IMG/VR virus record: IMGVR_UViG_3300031644_000019
Coordinates: 1-24,311 of that record
Reading direction: 5' to 3' (one strand)
DNA from: a virus
Lineage: Duplodnaviria > Caudoviricetes
Length of the DNA stretch: 24,311 nucleotides
Under the pieces are notes generated by a model. That model was given only the letters and a program-made list of their open reading frames with translations, was not told the DNA's origin and searched no databases. The position numbers and the translations under genes were made by a program. Below, one piece after another: positions 6,531-13,983 of this stretch. How positions within the stretch are numbered: the first letter of the stretch is position 1; the number at the start of each line of letters is the position of its first letter.

Positions 6531-6695
6531 ATGGGTCTTGCAATAGGTATAGGTAACGGTATATTGTTTACCAGTCAAAGGGGTGTTTCCAGTATAATTC
6601 CAAAGCTAATAATTGATATATGCGCTAGGGCTACTTACTGTGAGAACAAAACTTGTACCACAGCAATTTTAGAAGAAATTGAAAACATAACATAA
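6531..6695 (+). CDS. Small protein, 54 aa, putative spike anchor/adaptor (not in ORF track)
   Basis: MGLAIGIGNGILFTSQRGVSSIIPKLIIDICARATYCENKTCTTAILEEIENIT*; TAATG overlap with the fibre gene. Confidence 0.75.
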   Translation: MGLAIGIGNGILFTSQRGVSSIIPKLIIDICARATYCENKTCTTAILEEIENIT

Positions 6696-9064
6696 TGAGC
6701 AATTTATTAGATCAAGCATCGATAGTATTAACTCCCACCGCTTACGACAATGGTAAGGTGTTATGTGCAAAACCCACAGATGGATCGGGGGATTTTGACT
6801 TTTCAAGAAATTCTGCGGCTACAAGAGTAAACGCTCAAGGGTTAGTTGAAGATGTACAAATACTATCTAGTAATTTGGTGCAGAATGGTGATTTTAGTCA
6901 AACTGGAAGTGAAGAGGTAACAAACGGCTCTTTTGCTAATGGAAATGCGGATTGGACAATAGAGAACACTTGGACAATTGGCGAGGGTGTTGCAAATGGT
7001 AATGGAGCAAATGGCTCAACTGCTGAACTAAAACAAACATCAGTTAACACCATTGGCAAATCATATAAGGCAACTTTTAAAGTTTTAAATTATGTTAGTG
7101 GCTCTGTGGGTTTTTTTAGAGGGAGCGGTATTGGCGTTACTCCTAGAACCGCAGATGGTGTTTATACGGAATATTTTACGGCAACAAGCTCTGAGATTAG
7201 ATTTAGAGGAAGTAATTTCAATGGCTCAATAACAAATATTAGTGTTAAGGAAGTAGGGCAAAATTGGTTTAAAGATGCTAACTGGTCAATAGGTGATAAT
7301 GTTGCGACAAGTACTGGTGCAGGTAGGATGTTTCAATCAATATCCGCTCTAGAAGGTAACATAGGAACAAAAGTAAAAGTAAGTTTTAATATTACAGAAG
7401 TAACAAGTGGCGGTGTTAAAGTTGATTGTTATGGAGCGACATCTGCTGTTATAACAGAAGTAGGAACACACACTTTTACTGGAACAACCACAAACACATT
7501 AAACTTATACATTAATAATTCGGGCACTGGTAACTTAGTAGGTTCAATAACCAATATCTCAGTTATAGAAATTACAGATGATACTAACCTACCTAGAATA
7601 AATTACGAGGGTTTCAGTTTTCAAGATGCTTTAGGTAGTGAGTTGGTTTTAAATGGAGACTTCGCTACAAATAGCGATTGGAATTTAGGTGGCTCAGACA
7701 CCCCTATAATAGAAAACGGATTTTTAAAATTTGGTATATCAAATGGGACATATTCAAGGGCGAGACAAAATAATGCTTCTATCATTGGAAATTGCAAGGT
7801 TACTTATACAGTCGTAAATAGTAGTGCTTCTACATTGGCAATTAGAGAATATGCAGGAGGAAACAACGAGAGTGTTCCTGCAACAATAGGCACGCATACA
7901 ATTTATAAAAACTTTATTGCAAACGGAATTAGTTTTCAAGCAGGGGGTGTTGACGGTGGTATCTTAGAAATAGACAATATATCTGTACGAGAAGTTCTGG
8001 GACAAGAAGTAGTGCCAGATAGTGGCTGTGGAAACTGGTTGTGGGAACCTCAGTCAACAAATATAATAACTTATAGCGAGGATTTTACTAATAGTAGTTG
8101 GACAAAATTCAATTCAAGTATAACAAATGATAATACAAAGATACTAGGAATAAACGCACTTAAGATAGTGCCCGATAATAACCTTAAAGGTATTTTAAAA
8201 AGACCTGCTACAACCCCTCAAGATGGGCTTGTTTATAATAGGTCTGTATATATTAAATTCGGAGGCGAGAGATATGTTGTTTTATCTGCTCAAGATGCTT
8301 TGTCTTCTTCTAGAAGTGTAATTTTTGACTTTACAAATAAAGATTTTAGTTACCAAGGTGGCTCTGTATCAAACTTATTAGCTGCAGATATGGGGAATGA
8401 AATTTTTAGAATTTCTTTTAATTCAATTAGTAGCGGGTCTGTTATTGATGATTATTCTATTGGCTTCTCATCAGATGGAACTAGCACATCATCTTTTTTA
8501 GGTAATGGAGTGGATGGGGTTTACGCAACCGCTACACAAGTCGAGCAACAATCCTACGCAACATCTTACATACCCACAGATGGAACATCAGTAACACGAA
8601 ACCAAGATTTATGTACCAATGGAGGTAGTGCTGCATCTATAAATATTACAGAGGGTGTTTTATATGCAGAGATAGCAGCCTTGGCAAATGATGGTACAGT
8701 AAGATATTTAGGTTTAAGTGATGGAAGCACAAATAACAGAGTTATTATTTTATATTATAGCGCAACCAATAAGGTTAGAGCAATAGTTTCAAGTGGTGGT
8801 ACAAAGTACGTTGATGTAAATTATGAATTAACTAATATTTTAGACTTTCATAAGGTAGCAATTAAGTATAAATTAAATGACTTTGCTTTTTGGATTGATG
8901 GTGTTGAGGTTGCAACAGATACAAGTCTAAATGCACCTATAGTTTTAGATGATTTATCATTTTCTATAGGTGGAAGTAGCCCTTTCTTTGGCAAAACAAA
9001 AGCCGTAGCCGTTTGGAAAGAGACTTTAACAGACACAGAACTTGCAGAACTAACAACTATATAG
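6695..9064 (+). CDS. Head-spike / receptor-binding fibre with three CBM-like inserts and a C-terminal LamG/ConA-like domain
   Basis: Scaffold FSRNSAATRVNAQGL...LPRINY...WEPQSTN...ATSYIPT; three NG(D/S)F...NISVxE(V/I) modules; C-terminal HKVAIKY...FWIDGVEV...LTDTELAELT. Confidence 0.75.
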   Translation: MSNLLDQASIVLTPTAYDNGKVLCAKPTDGSGDFDFSRNSAATRVNAQGLVEDVQILSSNLVQNGDFSQTGSEEVTNGSFANGNADWTIENTWTIGEGVANGNGANGSTAELKQTSVNTIGKSYKATFKVLNYVSGSVGFFRGSGIGVTPRTADGVYTEYFTATSSEIRFRGSNFNGSITNISVKEVGQNWFKDANWSIGDNVATSTGAGRMFQSISALEGNIGTKVKVSFNITEVTSGGVKVDCYGATSAVITEVGTHTFTGTTTNTLNLYINNSGTGNLVGSITNISVIEITDDTNLPRINYEGFSFQDALGSELVLNGDFATNSDWNLGGSDTPIIENGFLKFGISNGTYSRARQNNASIIGNCKVTYTVVNSSASTLAIREYAGGNNESVPATIGTHTIYKNFIANGISFQAGGVDGGILEIDNISVREVLGQEVVPDSGCGNWLWEPQSTNIITYSEDFTNSSWTKFNSSITNDNTKILGINALKIVPDNNLKGILKRPATTPQDGLVYNRSVYIKFGGERYVVLSAQDALSSSRSVIFDFTNKDFSYQGGSVSNLLAADMGNEIFRISFNSISSGSVIDDYSIGFSSDGTSTSSFLGNGVDGVYATATQVEQQSYATSYIPTDGTSVTRNQDLCTNGGSAASINITEGVLYAEIAALANDGTVRYLGLSDGSTNNRVIILYYSATNKVRAIVSSGGTKYVDVNYELTNILDFHKVAIKYKLNDFAFWIDGVEVATDTSLNAPIVLDDLSFSIGGSSPFFGKTKAVAVWKETLTDTELAELTTI

Positions 9065-9066
9065 AT

Positions 9067-9453
9067 ATGATGCAAATATATAAAACGAATTTTCCAACAG
9101 AACAACAAGGGAAAGACTACCTTTTGAATTTAGGGGTAATATTAGAAGTAGAGGGAGAAATAGTCTTTGCTAAAAATACAGCAGCGGTTGTATATATCGG
9201 TAAGGTGGTAGAGATACCAGCTACATACGATGCAGATGGTAATATTTTAACTCCAGCGGTTTACTATGACGGCTATGCCATCGATGTAATGTCAAGTTCT
9301 GATTTGGATTTCGGAACATTTGAGGTGTTTCCTGCGGACAAAGCAGCGCATAGCTTCTATGGTTGGCCTAAAGAAGCAGAAGTACCGCCAATTAAAAAAA
9401 AAGACGAGAACGTAAAAAGCGTAGAAAACGCAGAAAACGTAAAAATAAAGTAA
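9067..9453 (+). CDS. Hypothetical fibre-associated protein
   Basis: Start moved from 9013 to the ATG at 9067 (or 9070), just after the fibre stop. Contains PATYDADGN and HSFYGW. Confidence 0.7.
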   Translation: MMQIYKTNFPTEQQGKDYLLNLGVILEVEGEIVFAKNTAAVVYIGKVVEIPATYDADGNILTPAVYYDGYAIDVMSSSDLDFGTFEVFPADKAAHSFYGWPKEAEVPPIKKKDENVKSVENAENVKIK

Positions 9454-9474
9454 AAGAATAAAAAAATCATATAC

Positions 9475-9558
9475 ATGAAATCAAACAATATATATATATA
9501 CCAAAATAATTCTTGGATGATTGATGTTCAAATGAATTACAAACCAAAGAATGTTTAA
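9475..9558 (+). CDS. Possible 27-aa micro-ORF
   Basis: MKSNNIYIYQNNSWMIDVQMNYKPKNV*; A-rich leader; fills the gap before the holin-like gene. Confidence 0.4.
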   Translation: MKSNNIYIYQNNSWMIDVQMNYKPKNV

Positions 9559-9562
9559 TAAA

Positions 9563-9718
9563 ATGACCATATCAGACTTGAAAATATACCTGCTTAACAG
9601 CATTACATTTGCTGTATCTTTCAGTAAAATAGAAGCGGTCTTAAAGTTAATATTACTAATAGGATCAATAGTATACACCGCACAAAGAATATACGTCAAC
9701 TATAAAAAAAATAAATGA
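9563..9718 (+). CDS. Small membrane protein, putative holin/antiholin, 51 aa (not in ORF track)
   Basis: MTISDLKIYLLNSITFAVSFSKIEAVLKLILLIGSIVYTAQRIYVNYKKNK*: hydrophobic helices, basic tail, ATGA overlap with the endolysin. Confidence 0.7.
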   Translation: MTISDLKIYLLNSITFAVSFSKIEAVLKLILLIGSIVYTAQRIYVNYKKNK

Positions 9719-10086
9719 GATACTTTACAACATCAGAATTTGACTCTCCAGACAAGCCAGGAAGCGGAAGCCTAATGAGTGAAACTATTATTGAGATGCT
9801 AGACGATGTCAGGGGTAAGTTTGGTAATCCTATTGTAATTAACAGTGGATATAGAACGGAAAAACATAATTCAAAAGTTGGAGGGAAACCTAAAACTGAA
9901 ACATCAAAGGGGTCAAGCCATATGTATGGACTTGCGGTTGATATAAAGTGCGATAACTCATCAGACAGATATCACTTGGTGTTTTTACTACAGGAAACAG
10001 GATTTCAAAGGATTGGAGTTGGTAATACATTTATTCATGTAGACATCGACTTTGATAAGTCTCAGGAAGTAATATGGACATACTAG
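9715..10086 (+). CDS. Endolysin, peptidase M15A (Zn D-Ala-D-Ala peptidase family)
   Basis: INSGYR...HN..VGG...SSHMYGLAVDI...FIHVD zinc-ligand motifs. Confidence 0.9.
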   Translation: MRYFTTSEFDSPDKPGSGSLMSETIIEMLDDVRGKFGNPIVINSGYRTEKHNSKVGGKPKTETSKGSSHMYGLAVDIKCDNSSDRYHLVFLLQETGFQRIGVGNTFIHVDIDFDKSQEVIWTY

Positions 10087-10087
10087 C

Positions 10088-10570
10088 ATGGAAGACAAGA
10101 AAAGAAAAAATAATGGAAAGGGTACTAACGTAGGCAACGCACTTCGTTGGCTAGTGAAGCAGGGTAAGAGCGTTTCTCCTGAACTTTTAGACCTTGCTGG
10201 TAACATAACAGGGATAAAGCAATTAAACTTATTAGGGACGGCTATACGAGGTGACAAGAATCTTAGTGAGCCAGACAAAAGTATTCTTCTTCAGGAAATG
10301 GAGAACGACATGATTGAAATGGTTGAGGTAACAAAGAGGCTTGCTATGGATAACGAGCATGCCGTTACAAGACTTATAAGGCCTGTAATGACAGGGTGCA
10401 TGTTTGTAATGTTTTTAGCCTGTGTATTCTTTGATGGAAATTTAGGTGAATTTACAATAGATAAGGCATACGTTCCTGTGATACAGTCACTCTTTGGTAC
10501 TATGACTATATTTTACTTTGGGAGCCGTGGCATCGAAAAAGTAATGAAAACCTTTAAAGATAAAAAATAG
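10088..10570 (+). CDS. Putative holin (GTA holin / 3TM-like)
   Basis: IRP followed by a TM helix, a second TM helix ending FYFGSRGIEK, basic C-terminus; adjacent to the endolysin. Confidence 0.7.
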   Translation: MEDKKRKNNGKGTNVGNALRWLVKQGKSVSPELLDLAGNITGIKQLNLLGTAIRGDKNLSEPDKSILLQEMENDMIEMVEVTKRLAMDNEHAVTRLIRPVMTGCMFVMFLACVFFDGNLGEFTIDKAYVPVIQSLFGTMTIFYFGSRGIEKVMKTFKDKK

Positions 10571-10578
10571 TATCTTTG
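10571..10578 (+). promoter_or_regulatory. -7 promoter element TATCTTTG upstream of the tail fibre
   Basis: TAnnTTTG immediately after the holin stop, 19 nt before the ATG. Confidence 0.65.
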
Positions 10579-10597
10579 TTATAATAAAAAAATAGCC

Positions 10598-12829
10598 ATG
10601 GCAAAAATTAGTACATACTCAGTAGTTAGTCCAAAAGGGGCAGATAAAATAATTATTAGTGACGCAGATGGAAGTCCTTCTAACGCAACTAAAAACGTTA
10701 CCGTTGAAGGACTACAGACCTTTATAAACGATGTTCCAGCACCAACACTTCAAGAGGTAACCACATCGGGTAACACTACAAACAAAACTATAACCACACA
10801 GGGAATAAAGTCTGAAGGTACGAGAGATGCAGACCTTGTTGTTAAGGTTGGAGACTATGACGGATCGCTTAACAAAACTAAATTAGAGGTTGATGTTGCT
10901 AATAAAAAAGTAACTGTAAATTCAGATATATTAAGTCTTAATAAACTTGCAGGCAATAGAACAGAAATAACATTTAACCCAACTGCTACTAGGTCAATAG
11001 CTATTCCAAATGCTTCGGGTACAATAGCACTAACATCAGATTTGCCAAGTGCAACGCCATGGAATCCAGACACAAACGGAATAAACTACCAGGCAGGTAA
11101 TGTAGGTATTGGTACTTCAAGTACAAGTGGTGACGCTTTAACTGTTGATGGTCAGATAAAATCAACATCTATTGAGACTGGTTCAATTTTGGTTGAAGGA
11201 AACGCGACTATTGATGATGCACTTTCAGCAGGAACTGTTACAGCAGGTTCTGTTACAGCATCAAGTGCTACAGTTACAGGAACTGTTGCGGCTACTACAT
11301 TAACAGGAAACCTAGTGGGTACGGTAGACACAACTACCACAGGAATAACACAGCCAAGTACAACAGACAACAATTTACTTGCTACTACAGCATTCGTTCA
11401 AGACTTATTGGGTGATATAGTAACAGGATTACAATTTCAAGAACTATGGAATGCGACAACAGACATTCCTGACCTTTCTACCGCTACTCCTAGTAACGGA
11501 GATTTTTGGATAGTAGAAGTAGCTGGTAATACAAACTTAAGTGGAATTACAAGTTGGGCCGTAGGTGATTGGGCTATATACATAGTACCAGCAGGTGGTG
11601 GTGCAGCGTTTTGGCAAAAAGTAGATAATACTACATCAATAGCAGGAAACGGTACAGGCAATCAGGTTGCAAAATGGAGTGGAGTAGGAGCTTCCACTAC
11701 ACTAACTAACAGTATTATAACATCAACCGCAACAGCAGTAGGTATAAATGTACTTGCCCCAACATCAGCACTAGAAGTTAGTGGAGAAATTGTAGGGACA
11801 TTACTTGATATACAATCAAATGCTTTAATTCAGGGAAATCTTCAGGTAGATCAAAACATCACAGTTGACGGGAATGTAGGAATAAATGTTAATAATCCAA
11901 CATCAGCACTAGAAGTTAATGGAGAAATTAAAGGAACATCGCTTGATATAGATGGTGGAGCTTTAATTCAAGCTAATTTAAATGTAGATCAAGATTTAAA
12001 TGTGGATGGTGTTACAACATTAGGTTCTGTAACAGCTTCAGGTACTTTAGGTGTTACTGGAAATGCAACATTTGGAAATGTAGATATTCAAAACACATTA
12101 ACTGTTGGGAATCCTGCTACATTTAGCTCAGAGGTTATTACGCCAGAATTACAGGTTGATAAAATACTTATTGAAATTCCAGGTAATACAATAAAAGTAA
12201 AAAACCCAGGGGTTGCTGACCAATTAGAAATTACAGGTGAAAGTGGTGTTGATGTTGTAAGTGGAGATGGATTAACATTAGAAGTTTCAGATGTTTTTGA
12301 TTTTAGGGGCTCGGCAGGAATAAATGTTTTTAATGGAAACGTATTAAGTGCTTCCCTGGATGTTAGTCAGATAACAACATCAAGAAATTTTCTGTTTCCT
12401 GATAACAATGGAACTATAGCGCTACTAAGTGATATCACACCAACAACTGGGCCTTCAGAATGGGTAGGTCAGATAATTCAGAACGGTACTTCTGTTCCAG
12501 TGATTGCAACCTCACAAACATCTACATTATTTGTAGGAGACCGAGTAACCACTCCTACCGCATTTAGGGATATAACATTTTCTAGAAATGCAGTGGGAAC
12601 TTATAGGCTTGCAGTAAATTGGACTCAAAGTACAGTTCCAACAGACGCAACTAAATTAGCTGTAATGTTTGGAGATAACGTGGCTAGAGTGTATACTTTT
12701 ACTCTTGGGTCAATAGCAGGAGTAAACTATAAAGAGTTCCTTTTTAGAACATACACCCCAGCAGGAGTTGAAGCAGATGACCAATTACTTGGTATAAACG
12801 GGGCTATGACAAGCGTAATTCTTTACTAA
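10598..12829 (+). CDS. Tail fibre / beta-repeat fibre protein
   Basis: T/G/V-rich; MAKISTY N-terminus, PTLQEVTTSGNTT, NVGIG repeats, DNNLLATTAFVQ fibre repeat and a WNA...GDFWIV...VGDWAIY...WQKVDN module. Confidence 0.75.
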   Translation: MAKISTYSVVSPKGADKIIISDADGSPSNATKNVTVEGLQTFINDVPAPTLQEVTTSGNTTNKTITTQGIKSEGTRDADLVVKVGDYDGSLNKTKLEVDVANKKVTVNSDILSLNKLAGNRTEITFNPTATRSIAIPNASGTIALTSDLPSATPWNPDTNGINYQAGNVGIGTSSTSGDALTVDGQIKSTSIETGSILVEGNATIDDALSAGTVTAGSVTASSATVTGTVAATTLTGNLVGTVDTTTTGITQPSTTDNNLLATTAFVQDLLGDIVTGLQFQELWNATTDIPDLSTATPSNGDFWIVEVAGNTNLSGITSWAVGDWAIYIVPAGGGAAFWQKVDNTTSIAGNGTGNQVAKWSGVGASTTLTNSIITSTATAVGINVLAPTSALEVSGEIVGTLLDIQSNALIQGNLQVDQNITVDGNVGINVNNPTSALEVNGEIKGTSLDIDGGALIQANLNVDQDLNVDGVTTLGSVTASGTLGVTGNATFGNVDIQNTLTVGNPATFSSEVITPELQVDKILIEIPGNTIKVKNPGVADQLEITGESGVDVVSGDGLTLEVSDVFDFRGSAGINVFNGNVLSASLDVSQITTSRNFLFPDNNGTIALLSDITPTTGPSEWVGQIIQNGTSVPVIATSQTSTLFVGDRVTTPTAFRDITFSRNAVGTYRLAVNWTQSTVPTDATKLAVMFGDNVARVYTFTLGSIAGVNYKEFLFRTYTPAGVEADDQLLGINGAMTSVILY
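11735..12010 (+). repeat. Tandem 138-bp (46-aa) duplication inside the fibre gene
   Basis: CCAACATCAGCACTAGAAGTTA identical at 11759 and 11897; protein (A/N)VGINV..PTSALEV.GEI.GT.LDI...ALIQ.NL.VDQ...VDG twice. Confidence 0.9.
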
Positions 12830-12850
12830 TAAATAGCAGTCTAACATTAC

Positions 12851-12885
12851 AAAGTACCTCTGTTTATTCGGGGGTATTTTTTTTT
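12851..12885 (+). terminator. Rho-independent terminator
   Basis: AAAGTACCTCTG / CGGGGGTATTTT stem (with G-U pairs) followed by a T-tract. Confidence 0.75.
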
Positions 12886-12888
12886 GCT

Positions 12889-12896
12889 TATATTTG
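12889..12896 (+). promoter_or_regulatory. -7 promoter element TATATTTG for the packaging operon
   Basis: TAnnTTTG directly after the terminator, 16 nt before the ATG at 12913. Confidence 0.7.
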
Positions 12897-12912
12897 TTGT
12901 AAATTAAATTAA

Positions 12913-13146
12913 ATGGAACAAATAAGAAAAATATCAATAGGCGCTGATTATAAATCAGGAGCCATGCATTATATTCTAAATCAAGAAATATTTGGTGGTA
13001 CACATGTAATTCATTTAATTAAAAAAAATGAATCAAAGCAATCACTAACTATTTTTATTGAAAACAAAAAGGGAGAAATATTTCTTTGGAAAGAATTTAA
13101 TTCTTCTATTCCTGTTTCAATTGAATATAATATATATTTTGAATGA
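12913..13146 (+). CDS. Conserved hypothetical phage protein (IRKISIGADYK...AMHY...WKEFN...SIEY)
   Basis: 77 aa, first gene of the packaging operon; ATGA overlap with the next gene. Confidence 0.85.
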   Translation: MEQIRKISIGADYKSGAMHYILNQEIFGGTHVIHLIKKNESKQSLTIFIENKKGEIFLWKEFNSSIPVSIEYNIYFE

Positions 13147-13706
13147 AATCACCTTTTTATTTTATAGTAAAACCTAAAGACAATAGGAGATACGATAACA
13201 CTAAAAAAATAGGTAATATAGATTTTATTACCAGTACATCAAAGGAAGACCATATCGCATCTAACCGATATGCAGTAGTGGTAGAAACTCCAATAAACTA
13301 CTCTGGTCCTATAGAAATAGGAGACATGCTTTTAGTTCATCATAATGTTTTTAAATATTATAATGATATGAAAGGAAAAGAAAAAAGTGGAAAAAGTTTT
13401 TTTAAAGATGATTTATTTTTTATAGATAACGATCAGTTTTTTATGTATAAACATAATGATGTTTGGAATGCACATTCTAAATATTGTATGATAAAACCAA
13501 TACCTAAAAAAAGTTATTATTTAAAAAGTCATGAAGAAGAAGAACCCTTAATGGGTTTAGTAAAGTATTCTAATAAATACTTAATCAGTAAGGGAATTAA
13601 TAAAGGCGACAAGATTTCTTTTAAACCAGAAAGTGAATATGAGTTTGTGGTAGATGGAGAAAAATTATACAGAATGTTTGACCATCAAATAACTTTATCT
13701 TTATAA
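13143..13706 (+). CDS. Tandem GroES-like (double Cpn10-domain) protein
   Basis: Two halves, each GroES-like: FIVKP...AVVVETP...IEIGDMLLV and CMIKP...GLVKY...INKGDKISF...EFVVDGEKLYRMFDHQI. Confidence 0.6.
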   Translation: MKSPFYFIVKPKDNRRYDNTKKIGNIDFITSTSKEDHIASNRYAVVVETPINYSGPIEIGDMLLVHHNVFKYYNDMKGKEKSGKSFFKDDLFFIDNDQFFMYKHNDVWNAHSKYCMIKPIPKKSYYLKSHEEEEPLMGLVKYSNKYLISKGINKGDKISFKPESEYEFVVDGEKLYRMFDHQITLSL

Positions 13707-13707
13707 T

Positions 13708-13983
13708 ATGGATGTAGATGAAATAAAATTAAGGATTATAAAAGCTGGTGAAAAAGCTGTTAATCAATTAATTAAAGTTGCAGAAGAACATATAATAAAA
13801 TATGGAGAAGATGATGAACTTGCTGCAGACAAATTAAAAAATGCTGCTGCTACAAAAAAATTAGCCATATTTGATGCTTTTGAAATACTTACAAGAATAG
13901 AAGCAGAAAAAAATATGATAGAAGGAAACACTACAAACCAAAAACAACCAACACAGGGATTTGCAGAACGAAGATCAAAATAG
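13708..13983 (+). CDS. Putative terminase small subunit
   Basis: 91-aa helical protein immediately upstream of and overlapping TerL (positional inference). Confidence 0.5.
   Translation: MDVDEIKLRIIKAGEKAVNQLIKVAEEHIIKYGEDDELAADKLKNAAATKKLAIFDAFEILTRIEAEKNMIEGNTTNQKQPTQGFAERRSK

Noticed and set aside
9013-9066. ORF-track start at 9013 for the 146-aa protein
   Set aside because: It overlaps the fibre gene by 52 nt and is a TTG; the ATG at 9067/9070 just after the fibre stop is more plausible.
9405-9450. Short GAAAACG(T/C)A repeats at the end of the fibre-associated gene
   Set aside because: Low-complexity coding tail (ENVKSVENAENVK) with no evidence of a separate function.
6695-12829. Diversity-generating retroelement or invertible fibre cassette
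   Set aside because: No reverse transcriptase or invertase in the window, and no template/variable repeat pair differing only at adenines; the repeats seen are in-frame domain duplications.
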